NCBI GenBank assembly: GCA_964016885.1
Contig: OZ024742.1
Span: 77,872,001-77,936,000 of the forward strand
Origin: Eledone cirrhosa
Taxonomy: Eukaryota
Direction of reading: 5' to 3'
Length of the DNA stretch: 64,000 nt
The position numbers were made by a program, and so were the translations under genes. Below the pieces are notes generated by a model that did not search any database, had not been told where the DNA came from, and was given only the letters and a program-made list of their open reading frames with translations. This document shows positions 29,022 through 41,163 of this stretch, in pieces (position 1 is the first letter of the stretch; each line of letters starts with the position of its first letter).

Positions 29022-31307
29022 CACAAGACAGGGAGGAGAAACCGATAGTAATAAAAATTATCAATCTTACTAGTGCAGAACCAACACCCAACCTTATCAA
29101 CTTACTCTCCAAAGGTCTTAAATTCACACCGACCCCACTACGTCCTAACTACTATGAAATGAAGGAAGACATCACAGACTTCTGTAGAAAGTTACGACTT
29201 AGTGAACAACTATTCGACCAGTACAATGAGGATGAATCATTAGCCAGAAATAGAAGCAATTACACCCCTTCAAAAGGTAGAAATAAAATCCTGGACGAAT
29301 TCTGTGAACACATCACAAACTTCCCTTACCAACACTTGCACAGACAAAAACACAAGCCAAACCTCAACAAGAAAGAATGGGAAGAATTAAATAGATTAAA
29401 AACCGACAGAACCATTACAATTAAAGAGGCTGATAAAGGGAGTACAGTAGTCCTAATGGAGACAGAATTCTATATCAACTTAGTGCTCTCCACTTTGGAA
29501 AACGAAACATACTACGAAAAGGCTGAACACTACAATCAACAGAAAATTATGAGAAACCTAAAAACTCTAATCAACCAATACAAAGAAGGACTCACTAACA
29601 AGGAATTCAGCTTCATCACAGACTTCACAAGTAAATCCAGCCTTTTCTACGGTATCCCTAAAGTACATAAAAGCGAATCAATCAGTAAGGCATGCAAGGA
29701 AGCCACAGACATAGTCATCAATGTCCCCTCACCCAATGATCTCAAATTAAGACCTATAATAGCAGGCCCCGCTTGCGAAACGCACCGTCTTAGCAACTTC
29801 ATTGATACCCTTCTCAAACCCTTCCTCAAGCACATCAAAAGCTATATAAGGGACGACCTAGATATGCTCAATCACCTCCCTAATATGCCACTTTCTGAAC
29901 AAACCCTACTAGTGACGTTCGATGTAGTCAACCTATACTCCAACATCCCCCACAACCTAGGAATAGAAGCTATCCAATTCTGGCTGGATAACTTCCACAA
30001 TGAACTCCCACAACGCATCAAAAAAGAATTCGTGATAGAGGGACTCAAATTTATCTTGGAGAACAATTACTTCGTTTTCAATAACAAACCCTACAGGCAG
30101 AAATCTGGGACCGCTATGGGAACGAAAACAGCCCCTACGTATGCCAACCTAGTCATGGGATACCTGGAAATCACCCTCTACACTAAAGTCCTAAACAAAT
30201 TTGGAAACACCCTCCACTTACACATTGAAAGGAACTGGAAGCGATATCTTGATGACTGCTTTATCCTTTGGCACGAAAACATCGAAAAACTTAAAGAATT
30301 TCACACCCTTATAAATGGGCTCAACACAAATATTAACTTCACGATGGAATACAGCCATCAACAACTCCCCTTCCTCGACATCCTCATTAAGATCCATAAC
30401 AAAAAAAATAGAAACAGACATATACTACAAGCCCACAGACTCCAAGCAATACCTCCCCTTCAACTCTTGCCACCCTAGACACGTTAAAATTAATATTCCC
30501 TACAACTTAGCCAAGAGAATCTGTACTATAGTCTCCAATAAAAACATCTGCTACTTACGGCTACAAGAACTAAAGGACACACTCATAGGCAGGGACTACC
30601 CTGCATCACTAATTGACAATGGAATCCAACGTGCCCTAAAACTCAGTACCCAGGACCTTAGACACCCTAAAGTAAATCAACCAAAACTAAAAGCTCTTCC
30701 ATACATCTCCACACACAACCCCCTCAACAATGAGGCCTTTGACACCATCCTCCAGAACATCCCTGTATTGAAAAAGGACCATAGAATGAACCAAATTCTA
30801 CGAACACACGATATCATAAAGAGCAAAAGACAATCCAAGTCAATGAAAAACATCTTAACACATGCCAAAGTACTGCCAACCACAACAACGAAACCCACAG
30901 TAAAAAAATGCGATAGACCCAACTGTGGCATTTGCATCAACCTAATAGAGGGTTCGGAATTCTATTTCAAAGATGGACAACGTTTTATAGTAAAACACAA
31001 TTTCACATGTGCATCGGAAAATTTAATATATGTATTAACTTGTTCAGGTTGTCGAGAACAATACATAGGCCAGACCAAAAACAGCCTCCGCCAACGCATG
31101 ACTGTCCATAGATCCCAAATTAAAATACGGGAATACAGGAAAATACCACTGAGTGAACACATTGATACCTGCGCCGCCCAAAATCATCCCAACTTCAGAA
31201 TCTTTCCCCTCTACAAATTTAAAGATAATGCCACCCACACCCAGCGCATCAGCAAGGAATCTTACTTCATTAACAAATACGGACCCCGTCTAAACACTTC
31301 TCCCTAA
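28988..31307 (+). CDS. PLE reverse transcriptase + GIY-YIG endonuclease (one frameshift in an A-run at ~30401-30408)
   Basis: INLT..LLSKGLKFTP, KEADKG, FYGIPKVHK, RPII, TFDVVNLYSNIP, GTAMGT..AP.YANL, RYLDDCF, LPFLD, SCHP, CDRPNCGIC, NLIYVLTC..C..QYIGQT. Confidence 0.93.
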
Positions 31308-31488
31308 GACGAACCCACAACATACACACGTCAACATACATACCTACATCAGCACACATCTCTACCCACATATAAACACAATGACACACGTAAACACACA
31401 TGCTCTATGGTGCAATACAAAAAAATATGTGTGCATATATATGTATGTATATATGTATATATATATATGTGTGTGTGTAGTGAAAATA

Positions 31489-31522
<34 letters not shown>

Positions 31523-31815
31523 GTGAATATCATTTCACACCTTTTATTGTTAAGATTGTTGATGTTCTATTAAGAGAACCGATTTTACTGAAAAAATCGA
31601 ATAATGTACACCATTTTACCAGGGGGGAAAAAAATACTGGTCCACCCACACACGCACACACACACACACACACATATATACACAAACACATACACACGCG
31701 TACATCAACATACAAAGAGACTTATGCACACACACACACACACACGCACTTCTCCGTATAAGACAAAAGCTGAAAAATATCTTTTGACCTTCGAATGACT
31801 CTGCTGTGTGTATGT

Positions 31816-31881
<66 letters not shown>

Positions 31882-31950
31882 ATCTTAATAGCCATTTGAC
31901 ACACATCGCTGGTGGCTATTGTCGCAGCATCGAACACCTTACTGCTACTA

Positions 31951-32006
<56 letters not shown>

Positions 32007-32032
32007 TTGTTGTGAAAGAGTCATTTCTCAAT

Positions 32033-32265
32033 CTTGGCGCAAAACCAATTTTTTATCCACATGACCTCTACCGACCAATCAAAATTGTTTTGACCATAAT
32101 TTTTGCTGGAGCCACTTTTCTAACATTTTAACATAAAAACAGTCTTGGCGCAAAATCAACTTTTTACATTCACATGACCTCTACCGACCAATCAAAATTG
32201 TTTTGACCACAAGCATTTTTGCAACACAAAAATAACGCTGGAGCCATTTTTTTAACATAAAAACA
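32033..32265 (+). repeat. ~110-bp tandem duplication in PLE 3' region
   Basis: tcttggcgcaaaa...catgacctctaccgaccaatcaaaattgttttgacca...gctggagcca...taacataaaaacag occurs twice. Confidence 0.85.
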
Positions 32266-32521
32266 GGTAGAATTCCCAAAACTAATCAGATCAGAGCAAA
32301 CAGCACGGACACTCTATCTCAAAATTATTTTTGAAAAGCATTTAGAAATGCGCAACCGGTAAAAACTTAAAAACTTAAAACCACAACTGAATACTAACCC
32401 ATACAATCACTAATACTCTTTTATTCCTAATTAAACCATTTTTCAACTGTGAACAATTTGTCAGCATTTTCTATTCCGTTTACCAATATATAATAACTTG
32501 TGTGTTACACCTCTATTCTTT

Positions 32522-32613
<92 letters not shown>

Positions 32614-33139
32614 GATAATTTGTATTCCAATGTTACTAAGTAGTTGCATTGGATGGAGTCAACTGACGTCAGAGATTGCTCAACGTATAATAAAGTGTGT
32701 TTTAAAATCCGGAGAAAATATGGAGAAAAAATTTACGAAATGGAAATGCGGGTATATAGAATTTATTAGGTAACAATTGTTTCTATAGTGTATGAGTTAC
32801 CTATACCTCGCTATTTGAATAATACACTAATATTATCAAAAACCGAAAGTACACTGTAAGCTAACACACCATGTCATCAGACCTTTGTATTAGAATGATA
32901 TGAAAATATTTTATACACTAGATAAAAGATAAAGAAGGAAGTAGGAAGAGAAGGGGAAGAGGGAAGTGAGTAAGGTGGAGGGAGTCTTAGGGTTTAAGAC
33001 TGTCAGACTAGTAGTGATTGTGAAGAGAGAATGTTTTGGCAGCAGTTAGCTTAATGAGGCGTGCTAAGGTTGGCTGGGAAGTAGATACTTCTAGTGGTGT
33101 TGTTCGGACAAAATTTAGTTAGAGGGGTCAAAGTGGTAC

Positions 33140-34527
33140 TTTGAAAATAGTTATTGGGTTCGCAGGGATAGACCCTCGGAATTCGACATTACGATGGGTT
33201 CTAATGATTCGGCGGAGGTCACGGATTTGGTTGGGATCTATATAGCCCATAGACTCCAGAGCGAATTTCCGGACCTCCACGGCGGAATATACCGCGACGA
33301 TACACTTCTATTAGTCAAGAATATGAACAAACAAAACCTAGAAAGGCGACGTAAAAACATTAGGAAACTTTTCTTAGAACTAGGGCTTAATATTACCTTT
33401 GAACACAATCTTAAGGTGGTCAACTTCTTGGATGTTACCTTCAACCTTAATAACGGTAATATAGAGCCATTTCACAAACTTAATGAAAATCTTAAGTACG
33501 TTAATGTAAAATCGAACCATCCTCATTCCATTATTAAATCTATCCCTAAAAATATATCCATAAGGATCTCCCGACTGTCGTCTAATTTGCAGACCTTCAA
33601 CGAGCATGCTGAATATTATAATGACGCACTTAGAAAAGCTGGTTACTGCGAGAAAATTGAATATCTAGACGATAACCACATAAGTACTATGAATAAAACA
33701 CATCTAAGTCGAACTAGTATTGCACCACACACACACATCAATAGGCATACTAACAGGTGCAAACCAGCAAATAGAGTCAGACGTAGAGAGTACATATGGT
33801 ATAACCCCGTGTACAATTCTTCTATTAGCACTAAGATTATCTCACAATTCTATACACTAATCAATAAACACTTTACAACTTCACATAAATACTATAAAAT
33901 CTTTAACTCGCGCACCATTAGACTCTCATACTCCACTGCACCTAACATAGAACAACTAATTAGAAAACTCAACTCAGCAATACTGAATAAGTACATCCCT
34001 AATGACTCAGCGCACCAGCATAGCAACATGCAACGCACTAACACGCAACCGCAACCCCACCAAACTATCCAGGATTCTACTGCAAAACATAAAAATAGTT
34101 GTAACTGCACCATACCAGGTACGTGCCCACTGAATAACCAGTGCCTAGCACGCAATATTGTCTACCGGTGTACAATAAATTCCGGGACCAACAAATGGTA
34201 TTACGTCGGATGTACCGCAACTTCTTTCAAGGCTCGCCTATACCAACATCGATCTTCGATCAGGCACGAGAAAATGCGCTCCGTAACAACCCTCGCCGAT
34301 AAAGCCTGGCAGCTTCGGAGGAACAATCAAGCGTTCTCCTTTGATTGGCAAATTATTGCAGCTGCGCCTGCATATTATAGCAAAATCATCGATTCTGAAA
34401 GTTATGCAATTTAGAGATATACTGCATTTTAACGTCGGTAAACAAACTTCTGAACAGCAAAATTGAACGTTCTCTATACTGTAACCATCGTTTGAAAACG
34501 ACTTTTTCTTTTTTTAAATGCATATAA
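33140..34527 (+). pseudogene. PLE RT C-half + GIY-YIG, open from the inversion junction; frameshift/TGA near C-terminus
   Basis: FDITMGS, GIYRDDTL, VNFLDVTFNL, SNHP, YNDAL..AGY, WYNP, CNC..CPLNNQC, NIVYRC...YYVGCT..FKAR. The end (KLCNLE...LLN...CNHR) is in another frame. Confidence 0.9.
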
Positions 34528-34937
34528 TGTTACCTTTTTACACCAACGTTTGCAAATTTCTGTCTTATATGTTTATACACTAGATATGGCTTTCTATAAT
34601 AATAGTACTAAACACTGTTTTTCTGGACCCCTTTAGAAATAACCTGCTACTATAATAGCCCTAATAACTTGTCTGTGACATTGTACCACTTTGACCCCTC
34701 TAACTAAATTTTGTCCGAACAACACCACTAGAAGTATCTACTTCCCAGCCAACCTTAGCACGCCTCATTAAGCTAACTGCTGCCAAAACATTCTCTCTTC
34801 ACAATCTCTACTAGTCTGACAGTCTTAAACCCTAAGACTCCCTCCACCTTACTCACTTCCCTCTTCCCCTTCTCTTCCTACTTCCTTCTTTATCTTTTTT
34901 CTAGTGTATAAAATATTTTCATATCATTCTAATACAA

Positions 34938-35054
34938 AGGTCTGATGACATGGTGTGTTGGCTTACAGTGTACTTTCGGTTTTTGATAATATTAGTGTAT
35001 TATTCAAATAGCGAGGTATAGGTAACTCATACACTATAGAAACAATTGTTACCT
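34938..35054 (+). ncRNA. Type I hammerhead with ~90-nt stem II domain (mirror copy 32768-32884, - strand)
   Basis: aggt-CTGATGA-catggtgtgt...atacactata-GAAA-caattg-TT-acct. Confidence 0.72.
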
Positions 35055-35100
35055 AATAAATTCTATATACCCGCATTTCCATTTCGTAAATTTTTTCTCC

Positions 35101-35127
<27 letters not shown>

Positions 35128-35133
<6 letters not shown>

Positions 35134-35239
35134 TAACAGATTAAAGTTTAAGCAAAGAATCGCTGCTTTCACCCTTAACGGGATCTTCTGAAACCTTATC
35201 GAGCCCTCTTTGGATTTTAGTCTTCAAATTTATTATTAT

Positions 35240-35242
<3 letters not shown>
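35128..35242. mobile_element. Minimal PLE insertion: pLTR tip fused to oppositely oriented tail (family of 27246-27576)
   Basis: 35128-35194 matches 27350-27417, and 35194-35242 is the reverse complement of the tail at ~27255-27306. Confidence 0.8.
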
Positions 35243-35292
<50 letters not shown>

Positions 35293-35301
35293 GGTGGGTG
35301 T

Positions 35302-35352
<51 letters not shown>

Positions 35353-36852
35353 ATAGAGAGAGAGATTTCATATATATATATGTTAATATATATATATTAT
35401 ATATATATATATATATTATATAGAGAGAGATATTATATATATATATATGTGTGGGGGGGGGCTTGTGTGTGTGTGTGTATGTATGTATGCGTACATTTTC
35501 TTTATTTTGTGTGTGTGTGCGTGTGTGTTTTCCTCACGCGTGTGCATCTACGCGTGATCTGCCCGCGCATGTGTGTGCATATGTGGATGTTTGGGGTTAT
35601 ATATCATTGGTATTCAAATCTATCATAATTAGACTATAAAGCTTTAACATCACTCGAAAACTAAACATGTGTGTATTGCTCTGTGAAATGAGTATGGTCT
35701 GAAATAAATTGTCTAAACGTATTGTTTGCATATTGTCAGATATCGATTTTTGTGTCTGCATCATATCAGTATCACATATCTCCCTATGTCTACGTGATAT
35801 ATGTATGTTTGTCACAGAATGATTACATGGGATATGTATATTTACCGCTGAGGTAGTTACAAAGATATTCATTTATAGCTTATTACATTAGAATTGCTTA
35901 AATGAAACACATTCCCACGATCATATCGTATTGTATCAACGTCTCACATCAACTTTTCACGTTTTTTTTCGACATATATCTTGTTGTTAACGCACAAATA
36001 ATTCCTTACTTTTTATAGTGGCTCTCATATTTAACTAGACCATATATCATGTTTTGCAGTAAATTTCTCGAGAGTGATATTTCACTATGAATTATATTTT
36101 TACAAGTATTTTATGATGGTTTTTTAATACATTTTTTTAAATATTGCCTTTTTATTTATGTCCGTCATTATATTTGTTGGTTATTTTTCTTCTTATCGCT
36201 TATTTGACACTCTTGGCACTGTTTATGTTCTCCAAGTGAGGTGGGCGTCATTTATGAAGATATCTACGAACCGGAAACTATACCGAACATTTGCAACAAA
36301 ATAGAATCTTCTTGAAGCTCTCACGGTGGTGATGTTAAATCGGTGACGGATTTAATTCTGCCAGCCAGTTAGGACATAATACAGCGCATTTCCCTTATTA
36401 TCCTCCCAGGAAACGCCTTTTCCATTCTGTCCGCCGGGGCTGTGGGGAGGCCAACATGTGGGACCCCATTTGCTCACCATACATAGAGATGGGGAGGGCG
36501 AGATAAATGGAGGCAATGACAGTGGGAGTTCGGCTCTTCCACGTTCGGACCATATGCTTGTGGCTGTGTTCACTATATATTGAGTTCTTGTATTGATTAT
36601 TTATCTTTGTTGAACAAAGTATTAAGTCGGTGTGGAAACTTATCTATGAATTAAATATTATGTTACCTAAAAAAAAAAAATTAATACAAAACTCAACGTA
36701 GCAAATACGGCAAATTATCCTGTTCGCCATTCTAATGTGTCCGCTAGTATAATGCAATGCTCTGAAATGGCATATTATTTATCGAGGCCAGTATAGAGAA
36801 AGGCAAAATAGACTTTGGTCGGTTGGAATCCAGACTGCAAGGAGCCACAATA

Positions 36853-37085
36853 AATAATTGTTTCTACTTGAGGCACAAGGCCAGCGATTTAAGGTTGGGT
36901 GGGAGGGGGGGGGGGGGGTTTGATTAAATCGTACAGTTCATTACTGGTACTTTATTTTATCCACCCCGTAACGACGAAAGGCAAAGCTAACCTCGGTGGG
37001 ATTTGAACTCCGAATGTAAATGGGCATAACACTATACCGCGAAGCATGGTGTCCGTCGTTCTAACGATATTGCCAATCCACAGCC
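36853..37085 (-). mobile_element. tRNA-derived SINE
   Basis: Minus strand has A-box-like tggcaatatcgttag, B-box gagttcaaatcc, and the 3' end ctggccttgtgcc..aagtagaaacaattatt shared with other copies. Confidence 0.8.
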
Positions 37086-38422
37086 AGAATAAAGAACGCA
37101 AGCCTTTTCGTGTGAGGGTTTATGGCTTCTGAAAATGTAGTGGTGATGGTAATTGTTGTTGTTGTTTGTGGTAGTGGTGTTGGGTGGGTCGGGGTTTGTT
37201 CTGTGATTTTAAAGCAATTTAGCCTTTGTTTCTGACAGCACGATCATTATTATAAATATCCACTCGTTAACACTATAAAGCAATGTGTGCTACTATTTTC
37301 TAAACCCAGCGCACCCGCGATCGCGTGGTTCTGTGACAAAGGCTTCCAGGTCGTACATGTCCAAACTATTGTTTAATGTTATAGAATTAATTAACATTCA
37401 TTTACCAATGCATATTACATTTTAGTGTTTATGTTTAAGACCAGGTCAGAATAAACCCGTGTTAAATATCTTGGAAGCAATAACAGTTCCATCTATTTCA
37501 GGCTCACTACAGCTTAATTTACATTATCTAATCTGATATTCCTTTTTTGAAGATTATCGTGCATATAGGGTTGTGCCCCAGCATGGCCTCAGCCGGATGG
37601 CTGAAACTGGTAAAAGAGTAAAAGAGTATAAGATCCCATGCAATGTAATTGTTCTGATTTAGTTGCCAATATGGCACATATTTTAATACTACGACACATT
37701 TAAACTGTTTACATTTCGCACTTGTTTAATATATTTTAAATTCGTGTAGCTTAACTATGATCACAAAATATTCATTATGTTGTTTTCAGTATGTGTTGCG
37801 AAGAATTCCTGATAAAATGCTTTATATTAGTTGGAACCTGTACTCCTACCTTAAATTTGCTATGCATCGTTTATGTGTCATGAAATATATCACCAGCCAT
37901 GTGCCTTTGTCCTTTCTTACTTTATTCTCGTTAATTCACTTTCATTTCTCTATTACTTTTTCAATCTTGGCCATAGATGAAAAGATGATGTTGGGAAAGA
38001 AACAATTCTTGAAAGAAGAAACTGAAAGACACCTTTGTATCACCCATGGCAATTCAATAAGTACATAGTGCTTGTCAGGGGAGTCGCTTGCTGCATTGCG
38101 GTGATACTGTCTGACCTCAGAATATCTTATCATTTTTTTCACATTTAAACTGAAAATTGTAACATCTCTTATTTATTTAAATCATCCATACTCACGCAAA
38201 CCCAAACAGTCTGTTTACCAGCTATAAGATTGTCATTTAGAAATCCTATTTTTAACGTGCGTCATAGCATTTTTAGTGAATGAAGAGAGTCTCAACGTCA
38301 TTGAAAAGGTTCAAAAGTACCTAATTAGATTAGATGAAAGTCATGGAACACGAAAATTGAATCCCCTGGCATCAAACAGACTGTTATTTATTCCTCATTG
38401 ACAGAAATTGCCTGCAGTTACG

Positions 38423-38482
<60 letters not shown>

Positions 38483-39370
38483 TTACTTCTGATAAAGACA
38501 AGTAAATAAAAGGTTCCCTATTTCCGATTTACTGAAAACAGTTTGCTTAAGCGAATCGCCTAATATACACAATCTCCTACAAGGCTAAGTGAGTAAACAG
38601 TAGACACGTAGAGAGACGAGCACATATCTAAAGATCCTTCAATCTACTTACATAATCTTTGGAAATGCACGAACTTTACAGCATTTAATTTACTATATTC
38701 TCTATGAAATTATAGTCAATGTTTTGCTCCAAATCAGACTTACTTGAACAAACCTATGAATAAAATGCTTTCACCGTATTCTCTTCTAATCAGATACAGT
38801 GCATTGGCGATCATACCATCCAATGAACCAATCATTATTTGTAAAAATAATAGTATATGGTTTTAGGAAGATCTCGCTAAAATTACTAGCTGTTTGAGCA
38901 ACATGACATTAAACTTGATGGTCTATCGTTCATATTGCACTTTTGTTATATATTTATTAAGGCAAAATACATAGTACTAAATTAAATAGGAAGCTACAAA
39001 CAGAAAAATGCATTATACTTATCAATGCGTTATCCGCAGACAACTTTGGCAAGAGTAGAATAGAGTTGAGACGCAATCAATAAAGTGGGAAACACTTCAC
39101 AGTGGTATATAGGTCCGTCTTCAGTTCAATTCTCAGCGAGGAGGATTTTACCTGAAACGCCTCGTAGTCTGATTAAATAAAAGTGCTGGTAAGGTCGCAA
39201 TCGATGCAATTGATTATGCCTTCCACCCCTAAAGAATATGTGAACTTTTATCGCTCATAGAAAACACACTGAAGCAGAATTAATATATTTATTTCATTTT
39301 ATATAGATGTTTACACGTATTCACCCGATCTTACTGATTCACATAATTATATATATATAGATAGATAGAT

Positions 39371-39570
39371 ACGAAGAAAGTGTGGTAAGGAACCAGTTGG
39401 ACCATAACGCACAAGTGTACTCGATACTTAGGGTAGCAGAGTGGGTAATAGGAAAAGAGTCAGGACCCCGACGGCTGAGTTCCGGCCGTTTCGATAGCTA
39501 GATCTGAACGCTCAGATCTAGCTGTCGAAAAGTCCGGAGCTCCGCCGTCGGGTTCCTGACTCTTTTCCTA
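39371..39570. mobile_element. Mini PLE foldback element: tail 39371-39448, arms 39449-39507 / 39512-39570, half-hammerhead only
   Basis: Hairpin centre agatctga-acgc-tcagatct. Related fragments at 16875-16925 and 45261-45320. Confidence 0.8.
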
Positions 39571-39571
39571 A

Positions 39572-39638
<67 letters not shown>

Positions 39639-39639
39639 T

Positions 39640-40460
39640 AGTTGTTCAACGGTTAATTTACCATTTCCCAGAACAGTTTGTTTCACCTAAGACGGATCAT
39701 CAGCTCGGTTTACATGAGATTATACGGAAAGGGAAACAATTATACGAATACACATGTGCTGAAGAAGTTCGTCTCAAAGGGGAGTCAACTCATGTTAGAT
39801 TGATGAGGAGGTACTGCGAGAGCTCAGATTACAATAAGTTATTCACCTTATTTGGTCTAGAAGTTACGTCCAGTAATCAGTCTGGGGCTTCACAATTACG
39901 TAATATGTGTTTCGAAACGTGAGGAAACGTGAGTAGATCAGATGTTGAATTTAGAGAAGCGCTATTCGCACTTCTCAGGATATTGATTCTTTTTTCAATG
40001 CACAACCCACAATCAGATTCCCATTTCCGTATGGCTTAGATATGGTTATAACGTTCCATTAGATGGAGTAATCCGCGCCTGCGTCCTTGAGGGACCATAT
40101 GTGGCTTGCGAGCTCCGTGGACGATCGTTTGTCCGGGTGTCTGAATGTCGATAGATGATTCAGGAAGCGTCCTTTAATGCGGCTTTTCGCCATAACTACA
40201 TAGGATTTGACCTCTTGTTGTTGATTTGGTCGGTTAAAAGTAACCACAGCTTCGTAAATTATAGTGGGTGTGTTGCACTGTTGTTGAAGGGGTCAAGATT
40301 CAGGCCTCCGGCAAGAGCATCCTGGTGGGATTGTGCTCTTAGAGTTGATGGTGATGTGTGCCTTCATATTCTTAGCTCAGGGTTAGCTGAGTTTCACCCT
40401 CTGTTTGTTAAATATGGAGCGGTATTTATGACCTATGGGGATGTGCCCATCTAGGAGAGC
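39640..40460 (-). mobile_element. Decayed PLE 3' fragment (GIY-YIG) with terminal hammerhead at 39667-39708
   Basis: CSCRRPES*PLQQQC..IIYEA..SYV..RFLNHLSTF...STELASHIWSLK. Hammerhead: ccgag-CUGAUGA-ucc..ggu-GAAA-ca aac ug-UU-cuggg. Confidence 0.8.
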
Positions 40461-40909
40461 TAAAAATCATTTACTTCAAATCATTTACAAACAAATTAAT
40501 TTTCTATTTGCACGACTTCCTTTTCTGTGGCTGTTGGCGTTAGAAGAGGAGTAAGCAATTGATTCTCAGAAGCCGGTAAATTTATATACATAAACCTTCT
40601 TAAAAACTCCATTTGCATTCGCAACTTCTTTTTCTTAGATTTTTAACCGTTTGAGATATATTAAAATTCTTACTTTCGAATAAATATACATATTTATATG
40701 TGCGTATGTTTAAGTGTATTTCATTATATGTGTCTCTGTCTGATTGGTGTGTACTTATACAATGTAAGATTAAAGGGATATTATAGACGTGCCGTAAGGT
40801 TAGAGTAATCAAAACACAGCTTTGTATGGAATATGTCAGGAACAAGTACAGGCTATAATCAAAAATATAGGAGGGATTGATTATTTCAACACGTGATTTC
40901 AACCAATTT

Positions 40910-40947
<38 letters not shown>

Positions 40948-40968
40948 GAGTGTCTGTGTGTGTAAGTG

Positions 40969-41041
<73 letters not shown>

Positions 41042-41084
41042 TTATGCATATATATATAAATGTGTATACATATATATATATATG

Positions 41085-41159
<75 letters not shown>

Positions 41160-41163
<4 letters not shown>

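Larger units (their letters stand above)
27594..32526 (+). mobile_element. Near-complete Neptune-like Penelope retroelement; inverted pLTR 27594-27831 / 32251-32488, tail to 32526
   Basis: ~238-bp arms with no mismatch seen, RT + Zn-knuckle + GIY-YIG coding, (TA)n flanks. Confidence 0.95.
32609..35104 (+). mobile_element. Penelope-like element (Nematis-like), 5'-truncated; tail 32609-32715, inverted arms 32716-33139 / 34683-35104
   Basis: ~422-bp arms with ~3 mismatches seen, a hammerhead in each, (TA)n flanks. Confidence 0.93.

Noticed and set aside
30395-30415. Second programmed frameshift in the Neptune-like ORF
   Set aside because: It needs a +1 shift in an A8 run inside the conserved RT thumb, best explained as a homopolymer indel or sequencing error.
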